Shown: positions 43,322-51,865 of the stretch, piece after piece
How the letters are laid out: every line of letters begins with the position of its first letter
Position numbering within the stretch: position 1 is the stretch's first letter
Source of the DNA: Planctomycetota bacterium
Lineage (GTDB): Bacteria > Planctomycetota > SZUA-567 > H5-PLA8
Reading direction: 5' to 3'
Assembly (NCBI GenBank): GCA_026692735.1
Contig: JAPLOD010000256.1
Coordinates: 1 to 53,168, forward strand
DNA: 53,168 bases
Notes under the pieces: generated by a model
What the model saw: the letters and a program-made list of their open reading frames with translations, nothing else
What the model was told of the DNA's origin: nothing
The model's database searches: none
Position numbers and translations under genes: made by a program

Positions 43322-43690
43322 ATGGCCAGTGCAAAGAAGCGTCGGTCGCCGCCCCGACTCCACGTATCTACGGCTGTCGTGCTGATGTTTGTGGCGGGTG
43401 TGCTGCTGTGGGCGAATGTCCACACGTATGAAAGTGGATTGCCGCCTGGAGTATTGGTTGACCCGGCAGAGGGAACAACCTTTTCCGGCCCTCTGATGTG
43501 TTCAGCAAACGGGTGGCCGCTACGCTGCTATTGGCCAGCGTTTGAGCACTGGGAACTTGGCAACTTGAGTCTTGATGTAATCATTGCCGTGGCTGCAATG
43601 GTGGTTGCTGCCGTCATCTCTGAACGGTGTGAATCGGCCCGGCGAGGTTTAGTGGCTGAGGAGACTGTAGGACAGAAAGATGAACGCTGA
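43322..43690 (+). CDS. small two-TM membrane protein (paralog family with 43892..44290)
   Basis: ATG 43322 after GGGAGAG. N-terminal TM STAVVLMFVAGVLLWANV, central ..NGWPLRCYW.., C-terminal TM VIIAVAAMVVAAVI. Confidence 0.6.
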   Translation: MASAKKRRSPPRLHVSTAVVLMFVAGVLLWANVHTYESGLPPGVLVDPAEGTTFSGPLMCSANGWPLRCYWPAFEHWELGNLSLDVIIAVAAMVVAAVISERCESARRGLVAEETVGQKDER

Positions 43691-43891
43691 GTGTGCCGGC
43701 CCAGCGAGTTCCGGCCGGCGGTCAGGGGGGTGATGGCAAGGGCGGTTGCGGGCCAGAGAAGCAGCACGGCGACGGTCGCGGAGCTGCAATCCGAGATCCC
43801 GCAGCAGCGATGGGATATCGCGCTGGAGGCGTGGGTCGGGGGCGGCGGGAAATTGAAGTAGGACCTCGTGGCTGTGAGAAAGGGGGAAGCT

Positions 43892-44290
43892 ATGTCTTCC
43901 TGGACTAAGAGCCATATTCTCCGGTGCCTCTTTTCAAGGCGGCCTCTAATCATAATCCCGCTCTTGATAGCTATCGTAGTAATCGTATATGCGAACGCAA
44001 CGCCTCAAGTCGTGATTGCCTACGAGCAGCACCATATGGCGCCGTATTGGGTGGAGTGGCGATTTTTTGGGTGGCCCATGAGATTCCTTAGATTGGGTGG
44101 CTACTTTGAGGAAACCGTATTTTATCCGTGGGGGATCCTCGGCGACGCGTTAGTGAGCATCGTCGCGTTGAGTGTCGTGGCGGTGTTGGTATCGCGCATT
44201 ACTAAAGCGGTGTCGCCTGGTGTCCCGCCTCAAAACCCCGGGAGTGAGGACAAGAAGAGTGCGGAGGCTGTAGTGGTCCATCGGGTTTGA
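43892..44290 (+). CDS. small two-TM membrane protein (paralog family)
   Basis: ATG 43892 after AAGGGGGAA. N-terminal TM LIIIPLLIAIVVIVYANA, central ..FFGWPMRFL.., C-terminal TM LVSIVALSVVAVLV. Confidence 0.6.
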   Translation: MSSWTKSHILRCLFSRRPLIIIPLLIAIVVIVYANATPQVVIAYEQHHMAPYWVEWRFFGWPMRFLRLGGYFEETVFYPWGILGDALVSIVALSVVAVLVSRITKAVSPGVPPQNPGSEDKKSAEAVVVHRV

Positions 44291-44396
44291 ACGGGGCAAG
44301 ATGACTCGGTTGCGGCAGGTTCTGGCGGTCGGTTGACGAGGCGTGAACGGAGTGCGTCTGCGGCGCGGGGATGAAAGCGCTGGAACGGCCTTGGTT

Positions 44397-44800
44397 TCAC
44401 GCCGTTCGTTTGAGTCCGATGATGGGCAGATACCGGCGGCCGGCCATGAGGTGGATCACCAGTTCCACGTGCGCACCGCACGGGCCGCGAACTGGGGCTT
44501 GCGGCGCCGCACAGAGACTTTCGCGCGGCCAGTCGGCGCGGGTTTCGAGTCGCGGCTTGGCGTTGGCGGCCCTTCGGCGGTAGTAGACTTCATCGGGTGT
44601 TCTGCCGTCGAGAGACTCGTGCGGTCTGTGGGCGTTGTACCAGTCGAGATAGAGTTGCAGCTCGGCAGCCATGCGGTCCCTATCAAGGGGGACGAGCGGT
44701 AGGCGTGTCACGCATTCCGTCTTCAGCGATTTGATAAAGCGTTCGATGACGGCGATGCTGCCGTGTTGGCCCACGGCGCCGAAGCGCGGCCGCACATGCC
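44397..44800 (-). pseudogene. 5'-truncated DDE transposase/integrase-core (rve) remnant
   Basis: Only the C-terminal part is present: ...GQHGSIAVIERFIKSLKTEC...LQLYLDWYNAHRPHESLDGRTPDEVY... The upstream catalytic D, D region is absent. The ORF's upstream end runs into the 3' end of the neighbouring gene. Confidence 0.7.
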
Positions 44801-44871
44801 GGCAGGCCGTGGTGCGAGCTTGACCCGGACGAGGAAAGGCCACGCCTTTCTGCAGGGCTGGATGTGCGGCG

Positions 44872-47800
44872 CTAGTTCGAAGTGCCCAATTTCCAGGACT
44901 TCGCACTGGTAGTTTGCCGACTGATCGGGATGAGAAACCCAGCGCTCAATCGGCTGCCATCAGACAGGTCGAACTGCAGCGACAGATTGAGGTCCACGTC
45001 CACAATGCCATCGCCCGAGTTGGCGACCGGCAATCCACTGCCCCCTGGCGACTCCGCAGGCACGTTCACGAAGGTCGCCGTAAAGACGCCTTTCGAGCTC
45101 AGCGTGAACTTGCTGAGGCCGGCGGCCGCCTTTGCCACGGCGAGCTTCACCGCGCCCTTGCTGACTTTGGCGAGCCCTGACGAGACCTGCATGCCGTAGT
45201 TCCCGACCGCAAAGTCAAACGAGCCGTCGCTTGCCGGCACGAGTTTCGCGGCATTAGGCAAGATGAGCTGGCCGGTGATCGCGAAAGTATGGACCTTCGT
45301 CTTCGCCGTGCCTTTGGTGCTCTCTTTCGCAGCGAACTTGGTTGCGAAACACGAACCGGATACGACCGTCCCCGTTTTCTGAAAAATGTAGTTCGCGTTG
45401 CCGGTGTTGTCCGCGACGGCCGTGTAGAGCGCGCCGCAACTGGCGCTGGCAGAGAACCCGCTGACCGTCAGCGAAACGGGAACGGAAATGATCATCTGGT
45501 CGGACGACTTCACGTCTGCATTGGTGGCTCCAAGACCCACCATCGCATCACGCAGGTCCCCGTTGGCGAGCTGGAACAAGACGTGGCCCGTGGCAGGTGT
45601 GAGCGCAAACGTCGTGACCGGGTTCGTGCCGGCGTCCGATTTGTAACCGCCGTTCACGTCCAGTGTGAAGGAGACCGTCTTGGAGCCGATCCATACGCTG
45701 CAAGGCACTCCCGTCAGGTCCGCCGGCAATGCTGTGGTATCCATCAGGCCGGAGAGACTCACGCTGTCCTGGCCCGTATTCCGGAAGTTCAGCCCAACAT
45801 AGAGTGAACCGAGGGAAAGGCCGGTTGACATGCCCGTAGAGTCTGCGACCGGCACGCCCACCCGGGCCGCCTGGCTGGAAGCGGTCCCTGTCCCGACAGC
45901 GATGACCACTGAGTCATAGACCTGATATCCTCCCTTTGTGAGCATCAGGCGCGCAATGTAGGTCCCGTTGCTCGTGTAGGTATACGAAGTGTTTGCCTCG
46001 CTGGATGCGGAGCCATTGCCGAAATCCCACCTCAGCGAGTCATAGCTCCCTTGCGAAAGTGCCGAGCTGAAGCTGACCGTCAATGGCTTCTCGCCAAAGG
46101 TGGGACTCGCTGAAATGGCGGCAACGAGCGCTGTGTCGGTGCTTCCGGCAGACGTGGTATCCACGATCGCGGCGGCCACGTTTGCCGCGTCCCCCGGCTG
46201 GGTCGTGCTGCTCCGGCCATCGGCCCATGCGACCAGGAAGAAGCTGCCGGATTGCGCCGCCACGGCGTCGCGTAACGCGCCTGTGGTAGCCGTGTCAATC
46301 TGGAAGGGAATCGGATCCTTGTCCTCACCCGCAAACGATACTCTCTTGCCGATGATGTGATAGACGCTGCTGGAGATCTTCTCGTTTCTCACAAACAGCC
46401 ACTCGTCCGTGCCCGCAAACGCAGGCGCGTAAGAGTCCGAGGTGTCGCCCACCGGCCCCAGTCCCATTTCTGCAAAAACTCCCTGCGGCGGCGTGACGGT
46501 ACCGTTGGTGCTGATCTTGTGCAGGAACACGGAGCTATCCACAGTTTGGCCGTAGGACGACAACACTTGCCAACCGCCATTGACAAACGCCACGCCGATC
46601 AGCCGGCCATACCCATTGTCGGCCGCCGATTCTTTGAACAGGCTCGTCCCTCCGGCATCACGTATCGTCCCATCAACGCCGATTCGTACGCTCCGAGTCT
46701 GCGCCGGAGTCTCGGCGTTCTCGCGATAGATGAGCAGTGTGTCGCCGCTCGGTGTCTGCGCGGACAGGAACAGCAGGCTCTGATTCTGCGGCGCGATCAG
46801 AGCGGGCAGAGCTTGAACCGTGCCGACCATGCCCGCCGTCGTGACACGCGTGAAGTAGATCTGTTGTCCCGATGAACTCCCGGATGGCACATCCTGCCAG
46901 GCGACGAAGTAGTCAACACCGTTAAAGGCTACCAGGGGGTCCTCTTCGACCAGTCCTGCAGTGGTTGCGATCGCGAAATCTGTTCCGCCCAGAACCGTTC
47001 CGGTGCTCGTGATAATGCTCCCGCGGATTCCGCCGCCCCAGGACCCATCGTCCGACCAGACCACCAGCCAATTGGCGCCGTCGAACGCGGCTTCACAGCG
47101 CTGCTGGCGGAAGGGACGTGGCTTGGCCACTGAAGACGAGATGCCGAAGGGCGCAGAAGCCACGCCGGACTGGCTGACGATCGAAGCTGCCATCAGCGGA
47201 GCATTGGCGCCCGCGCCATAGTCGGTCCACGCGACAAGAAAGCTGTTGCTGCCCGCGGCCACGGTAGGCGCCGCCACAGTGTTGGAGACGGTGGAGCTCG
47301 GAGAGAGAACCATGTTGTTGCCGACAAGCGGGTCAACCACAACGGGATACCGCGCCTCGCGCAGCCACCTTTCGGGCAGCGCGAATGTTATCTGTGCATC
47401 CCCGCTCATCTCGGGTTCCGCAGTCATGCTGCGCCGCGCTGCATCGCGGACCACGATATGGCCGTACCGGACGGCGACAGTCCCATCTGCGCCCAGGAAC
47501 GACACGCCGCCATGACGATCAGGCCTTGCCGCCGCCGGCTGTAGTCCGCCGCAGCCGACACTCAGCACAAACCGCAGGTCGCCGGCGCCGGGCGGCGGCT
47601 CGCGCAGGACGAAGAGCTGCTCGACGCCGTCGGCCCGCGCGGCGTACTGCTCCTCAAGGTAGCGCGAGTGCGTCAGCCGCGCCCTGCCGGCGGGATCGAG
47701 TTCGGAATGCTCGCCGTCCGGTGGCATTACCGTGGCGGTGACGTCCGAAGACCCGCGACGGACGGCAAGCAGTTTGAGGGACAGCTCGGGTGCGGATGCT

Positions 47801-48090
47801 TCGGCGGAATGACGGCCGGCGTGCCGCGGCACGTACGCCAGCCCGGACGCGGCACTGAAACACGCGTCATACGCGCTGCGGGACGCTGCGTACCGTCCGG
47901 GAGCAGTCTCGACAAAGGACACGCTTGCCGCCGCCGGGGACGCGCCCGCGGTACCACGAACGTCTCGTTCGTGGCACGGCGTCGCGCTTGCCGGCACGGC
48001 ATCAGGCACTCGCCAAGCCAGCGCGGCCGCGGCTGCAATGCCGATCAACAACATACATACCCACCACGCCCGCAAAGCCCCCTTGTACAT
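44872..48090 (-). CDS. large secreted protein with PKD domain
   Basis: ATG 48090, 7 nt after GGAGGGA. Signal anchor MYKGALRAWWVCMLLIGIAAAAALA. PKD segment LTVSFSSALSQGSYDSLRWDFGNGSAS...YTYTSNGTYIARLMLTKGG. The rest is beta-rich Ser/Thr/Gly/Ala. Confidence 0.75.
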   Translation of the reverse strand: MYKGALRAWWVCMLLIGIAAAAALAWRVPDAVPASATPCHERDVRGTAGASPAAASVSFVETAPGRYAASRSAYDACFSAASGLAYVPRHAGRHSAEASAPELSLKLLAVRRGSSDVTATVMPPDGEHSELDPAGRARLTHSRYLEEQYAARADGVEQLFVLREPPPGAGDLRFVLSVGCGGLQPAAARPDRHGGVSFLGADGTVAVRYGHIVVRDAARRSMTAEPEMSGDAQITFALPERWLREARYPVVVDPLVGNNMVLSPSSTVSNTVAAPTVAAGSNSFLVAWTDYGAGANAPLMAASIVSQSGVASAPFGISSSVAKPRPFRQQRCEAAFDGANWLVVWSDDGSWGGGIRGSIITSTGTVLGGTDFAIATTAGLVEEDPLVAFNGVDYFVAWQDVPSGSSSGQQIYFTRVTTAGMVGTVQALPALIAPQNQSLLFLSAQTPSGDTLLIYRENAETPAQTRSVRIGVDGTIRDAGGTSLFKESAADNGYGRLIGVAFVNGGWQVLSSYGQTVDSSVFLHKISTNGTVTPPQGVFAEMGLGPVGDTSDSYAPAFAGTDEWLFVRNEKISSSVYHIIGKRVSFAGEDKDPIPFQIDTATTGALRDAVAAQSGSFFLVAWADGRSSTTQPGDAANVAAAIVDTTSAGSTDTALVAAISASPTFGEKPLTVSFSSALSQGSYDSLRWDFGNGSASSEANTSYTYTSNGTYIARLMLTKGGYQVYDSVVIAVGTGTASSQAARVGVPVADSTGMSTGLSLGSLYVGLNFRNTGQDSVSLSGLMDTTALPADLTGVPCSVWIGSKTVSFTLDVNGGYKSDAGTNPVTTFALTPATGHVLFQLANGDLRDAMVGLGATNADVKSSDQMIISVPVSLTVSGFSASASCGALYTAVADNTGNANYIFQKTGTVVSGSCFATKFAAKESTKGTAKTKVHTFAITGQLILPNAAKLVPASDGSFDFAVGNYGMQVSSGLAKVSKGAVKLAVAKAAAGLSKFTLSSKGVFTATFVNVPAESPGGSGLPVANSGDGIVDVDLNLSLQFDLSDGSRLSAGFLIPISRQTTSAKSWKLGTSN

Positions 48091-48263
48091 GCACCTGTCC
48101 CTCCGTGGCACGCTTTATTATTCGACGGTACCATCATAGCTATGATTGTCAATGTGTATTATAATCCTCCATCGTGAGTATATGACATGAGCCTGTGCGA
48201 ACGATGTAAGAGCCTTTGTGCCAACTACTTGCACCATCACGGCAAAACCGCTCCGAAGACTCA

Positions 48264-48292
48264 TTGACACGATGATAATACTCACGTATAGT
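48264..48292 (+). promoter_or_regulatory. near-consensus sigma70 promoter upstream of the MarR gene, in an AT-rich divergent region
   Basis: TTGACA (48264-48269), 17-nt spacer, TATAGT (48287-48292). A perfect TATAAT also lies at about 48150-48160 in the same 300-bp AT-rich intergenic region. Confidence 0.5.
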
Positions 48293-48415
48293 GATAATCC
48301 GTCCATTCCCGTGGCGGTGAGACCAGGTTCGGCGTGTCGGTCTGGGCGGCAGCGCGCCGGCGCGCACGCAGGCCGACTCCGTCTGCGAAGGTCGGCAGCA
48401 GTTTCGGAGGGCGAC

Positions 48416-48946
48416 ATGGGACAGCGAAGGAAGGACCGTTTTCCCTCGCCTCCGCCTCCACCAGGAGGCATTGGCGTGCCGGTACCGGCGTTCATCAAGG
48501 AGCGCACCGGCTTTCTTCTCCAGACGGCTGCCATCTCCGTCGTCTCGACGTTCGAGAAGAACCTGGCCCCGCTGAAGCTCAAGATCCCGCACTATGTCGT
48601 CCTGAACACCCTGTCGGAAGGCGGGCAGCCATCGCAGGTCGAGATAGGCTGCAAAGTCCGCTTCGACCGTACGAAGATGGTCAACGTTGTGGACGAGTTG
48701 GAGGAACTGGGACTGGTCAAGCGCGAAGCCAACCCGACAGACCGGCGGGCCAATATCCTGCGCATGACTGACGCCGGCCGTGCCGCCTTGGAGGCCGCGC
48801 GGAAGATCGAGATGGCCGTGGAAGATGAGTTCCTGGCCACGCTGACACCTCTGCAACGCCGGCAGTTTCAGCAGACCCTGACGATGCTCGCCCAGGCGCA
48901 CCTGCAGGAAATGGAGCGTGAACACCGTCCCGGCGCCACACCGTGA
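48416..48946 (+). CDS. MarR family transcriptional regulator
   Basis: ATG 48416 after GGAGGG. Winged-HTH core HYVVLNTLSEGGQPSQVEIGCKVRFDRTKMVNVVDELEELGLVKREANPTDRRANILRMTDAG. Confidence 0.85.
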   Translation: MGQRRKDRFPSPPPPPGGIGVPVPAFIKERTGFLLQTAAISVVSTFEKNLAPLKLKIPHYVVLNTLSEGGQPSQVEIGCKVRFDRTKMVNVVDELEELGLVKREANPTDRRANILRMTDAGRAALEAARKIEMAVEDEFLATLTPLQRRQFQQTLTMLAQAHLQEMEREHRPGATP

Positions 48947-49112
48947 CGCCGCAGGAATCTTCGTATTTTTCGGGAAGAAAACAGACCGCTGGTGAAACCA
49001 AGGTGCCGCAAGGGGCGGTGAAGGGCCTTTGCCGGCGTGGCTGACTGCAAGGATCCAGGTCCTGGTGCTGCCCGGCAAGCAGGTGCAGCGTGAGCGGAGG
49101 GGGCATCCCGTC

Positions 49113-49700
49113 TTGGCAAGTGCTGATCACGGCGCACAACCGCCCGACGCCGACCACGACCTGAAGCTCCTTCGCCGGGCGCAACAGGGAGACGACGCAG
49201 CCTTCGAGGAGCTCATGAGCCGCTACAGCGACCTCTTCCACGCGTTGGCGTCGTTCCTTGTCGGCCGCTCCGCCGACGCCGAAGACGTCGTGCAGGACAC
49301 GTTCCTGGCCGCGTACGAAAGCATGCGTTCGTTCCAGGCGCGCTCCTCGGTCAAGACCTGGCTGTCGGCGATCCTGCTGCGCCGCGCGGCCCTCTGCCAT
49401 CGTCGCTCAAGCGCCCGCAGGTCGGCTCAGTCCGGACGTCTGTCGGACGCCTCCCGCGCCCTGCTGAACGGGAATACCGCCGCGTCGCTCACGGCGGCCA
49501 GCGACGTGAAGATGGATGTCCTGGCCGTGCTCCAGACGCTGCAGCCGGACCATCGGGAGATTGTGGTCTTGCGTGAAATGGACGGCATGAGCTACCAGCA
49601 GATCGCGGACGTGCTCGACCTGCCTGGCGGGACCGTGGAATCCCGGTTGTTCCGCGCCCGGCAGGAACTCAAGATGCGGCTCAAGGACTACAAGGATTAG
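49113..49700 (+). CDS. ECF (sigma-70 family, group IV) RNA polymerase sigma factor
   Basis: Region 2: DDAAFEELMSRYSDLFHALASFLVGRSADAEDVVQDTFLAAYES. Region 4: REIVVLREMDGMSYQQIADVLDLPGGTVESRLFRARQELK. Start proposed at TTG 49113 (GGAGGGGG 10 nt upstream). The ORF is open from 49029. Confidence 0.8.
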   Translation: MASADHGAQPPDADHDLKLLRRAQQGDDAAFEELMSRYSDLFHALASFLVGRSADAEDVVQDTFLAAYESMRSFQARSSVKTWLSAILLRRAALCHRRSSARRSAQSGRLSDASRALLNGNTAASLTAASDVKMDVLAVLQTLQPDHREIVVLREMDGMSYQQIADVLDLPGGTVESRLFRARQELKMRLKDYKD

Positions 49701-49711
49701 GAGTTGTCGCC

Positions 49712-50134
49712 ATGGGATGCCCTCACTGCGAGCGAATAGGAGCCTTTCTCGACGGCCAACTGGCCGGCGCCGAGCGGGCGGCCTGCGAGGAACACATACT
49801 GAGCTGTCGCGAATGCACGCTGGAGCTGGAGTACATGAAGCGCATGGCGCTGCTCCTCTCCGTGGCCATGCAGGCGGAGCGCCAGTCCCCCCATGCACGC
49901 GTCACGTTCTCTGGACTCAAGCAGCGAAAGCTGTTGCGGTGGTCGAAGGGGCTGGCGTTGGCGGCTTCACTGCTCTTCGCGGTGTCCGGCTTCTTGGTGT
50001 TGGGCGAGGGTGGGCGCGCGCATTCCTCGGCCGACGTGGCATGGCAACAGGCCGCCGTCATGCCGCAGATGGCCATGGTCGAGGTTGACTTGGTTGATCC
50101 AGTCGCACAGAAGCTCTTGGGGATGAGGCCATGA
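49712..50134 (+). CDS. anti-sigma factor (zf-HC2 type, single TM)
   Basis: MGCPHCERIGAFLDGQLAGAERAACEEHILSCRECTLELEYM contains the H-x3-C-x2-C motif. TM segment LALAASLLFAVSGFLVL. Lies 12 nt after the sigma factor gene. Confidence 0.8.
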   Translation: MGCPHCERIGAFLDGQLAGAERAACEEHILSCRECTLELEYMKRMALLLSVAMQAERQSPHARVTFSGLKQRKLLRWSKGLALAASLLFAVSGFLVLGEGGRAHSSADVAWQQAAVMPQMAMVEVDLVDPVAQKLLGMRP

Positions 50135-50676
50135 AGAAGCTTGTCGCGATACTTGTCCTGGGCGTCCTGTTGTCCTTGGGCGCCGGTGTCTTCATCGGCG
50201 TGTTGTGGGAGCACCGGAGGCCGCCGTCGGACCCCTTCGTCGGCGAACTCAACCTGACTGCGGAACAGCAGGATAAGTTGAAGGCCATCTGGTCCGACGC
50301 CGTGGCGAAGGGCGGCTTCCCCGTTCAGGACGAACGGCGCGAGGCCGCGAAGAAGGACTATGACAAGGCCCTGCGCGCCCTGGTTCCGGCGGACCAGCAA
50401 CAGCGGTATGACGAGCTTCTGCGCGACTACCAGAAGAAGCTCGATGACATCGAGCGGGAGTCGCGGCGGATCTTCGACGATGCGACGGAACGGTCCCGGC
50501 AGGTGCTTAGCGAGCAACAGCGGGCCAAGTACGACGAGATCAGACGAAAGCACCTCGAGCGCATGAAGGAAAGGGGCCCCGGCAAGAAACCGGGGGGCTT
50601 CATCCCGCTGCTGCCGCCGCCGCCGGGACCGCATCCTCCCGGACCGCGGCCGCCGGGCCCGCCGCCGAACGAGTGA
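50131..50676 (+). CDS. Spy/CpxP-like periplasmic protein (LTxxQ-type helices) with Pro-rich tail
   Basis: ATGA start/stop overlap with the anti-sigma gene. Signal anchor KKLVAILVLGVLLSLGAGVFIGV. LNLTAEQQDKLKAIW, VPADQQQRYDELL, LSEQQRAKYDEI. C-terminal PPPPGPHPPGPRPPGPPP. Confidence 0.7.
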   Translation: MKKLVAILVLGVLLSLGAGVFIGVLWEHRRPPSDPFVGELNLTAEQQDKLKAIWSDAVAKGGFPVQDERREAAKKDYDKALRALVPADQQQRYDELLRDYQKKLDDIERESRRIFDDATERSRQVLSEQQRAKYDEIRRKHLERMKERGPGKKPGGFIPLLPPPPGPHPPGPRPPGPPPNE

Positions 50677-51068
50677 CGCAGTCCCGCTTTTCGGGCCGCT
50701 GCTGTGCCAGGCCGGCATGGCGCGGCGAGACGAAGCACGAAGGGGATGAGACCTTGAAGACGTGGCCGACCGCACGCTCCTTGACCAAGCCGCCGCTGCG
50801 CGCTCTGCCGCCGGGCCAGGCGCTGGCGCCGTTGTACCGGCTGGTCGCGAGGTGGCTCGCCCTGCTGCAACAGACGAAGTCACCGGCTGAGAGCGCTCGC
50901 GGCGCTGATCCTGCGGCGGTGGAGCTTGCGGAGGAGAAGCTTCTGGCGCCTCTCTCGCTCATGCAGCGTAAGCGGCTGCATCGCTTGCTCGCAATCGTCG
51001 TCGCTGCACAGCACCGGCGGCACAGCTTGCCGGCCGAGGATAAACAGAAAGGAGCACGGCAATGGTGA
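50673..51068 (+). CDS. hypothetical protein (operon member, start uncertain)
   Basis: GTG 50673 overlaps the TGA 50674-50676 (GTGA). Its TGA 51066-51068 overlaps the next ATG 51062 (ATGGTGA). It fills the only gap in the operon. Confidence 0.4.
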   Translation: MTQSRFSGRCCARPAWRGETKHEGDETLKTWPTARSLTKPPLRALPPGQALAPLYRLVARWLALLQQTKSPAESARGADPAAVELAEEKLLAPLSLMQRKRLHRLLAIVVAAQHRRHSLPAEDKQKGARQW

Positions 51069-51847
51069 ATGCACTGCGTGGATTCCTGACCGTGTGTGCG
51101 TGCGGCCTGGCGCTGTCGGTTCCGGCGGGGCAAGCCGACAATCCAATCCCCCCGGCTCCGCCGCCACAGGGCGATGGCCGGGACCCCGCCCGCGGCTTTG
51201 GCCCCGGGCCCATGGGCTTCATGCGTGGCGGCGCCGCAGCCGATCTCGAGTCCGTCAAGGCCGGAATCCGCGCCAGCGACGAAGAGTGGAAAGTGATCGG
51301 CCCGAAACTGCAGAAGGTCATGCTCGCGCGTCAGGCTGCCGACTCCGCCATCAACGCGGACAACAGCCCCGCTACGGACGCCAAAGGTGGCGTGGCGGAT
51401 AGAGAACGCGGCCGTGAGCGGGGAGGCCCGGGCAACGCTGCCTTTGCCGGACCCTCCACCAAAGCAGGGGGAGACTTCGGCCCTGGCGGAGGCCCGCCAC
51501 CAGGGTTTGGCCCTGGCGGAGGTCCGCCACCGGGATTCGGGCCAGGCGGAGGTCCACCACCGGGCTTTGGGCCCTGGGGAGGTCCTCCGCCGGGGTTCAG
51601 ACCCGGGGGCGGTCCGCCGCCTGGCTTCGGCGGCCCGGACAGCGCCGTCGCGCAGGCGCTTGCCACTCTCCGAACGGCACTGGCCGATCCGAAAACCACG
51701 CCGCAGGAACTCCAGCAGAAGGTTGCTGAGGTCCGCGCCGCCCGCCAGCGAGCGCGGCGCGACGTGGCGAACGCGGAGAAAGACCTTTTGGAGCTGCTTA
51801 CCGGCGATCAAGAGGCAACACTCGTGAGTCTTGGCTACATTGACTGA
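51062..51847 (+). CDS. secreted protein with tandem GGGPPPGFGP repeats
   Basis: Signal peptide MVNALRGFLTVCACGLALSVPAGQA. Five consecutive 10-aa (30-bp) repeats GPGGGPPPGF at about 51476-51632. Helical C-terminus. Confidence 0.75.
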   Translation: MVNALRGFLTVCACGLALSVPAGQADNPIPPAPPPQGDGRDPARGFGPGPMGFMRGGAAADLESVKAGIRASDEEWKVIGPKLQKVMLARQAADSAINADNSPATDAKGGVADRERGRERGGPGNAAFAGPSTKAGGDFGPGGGPPPGFGPGGGPPPGFGPGGGPPPGFGPWGGPPPGFRPGGGPPPGFGGPDSAVAQALATLRTALADPKTTPQELQQKVAEVRAARQRARRDVANAEKDLLELLTGDQEATLVSLGYID

Positions 51848-51865
51848 TTCCCTGAGGAACATCCC

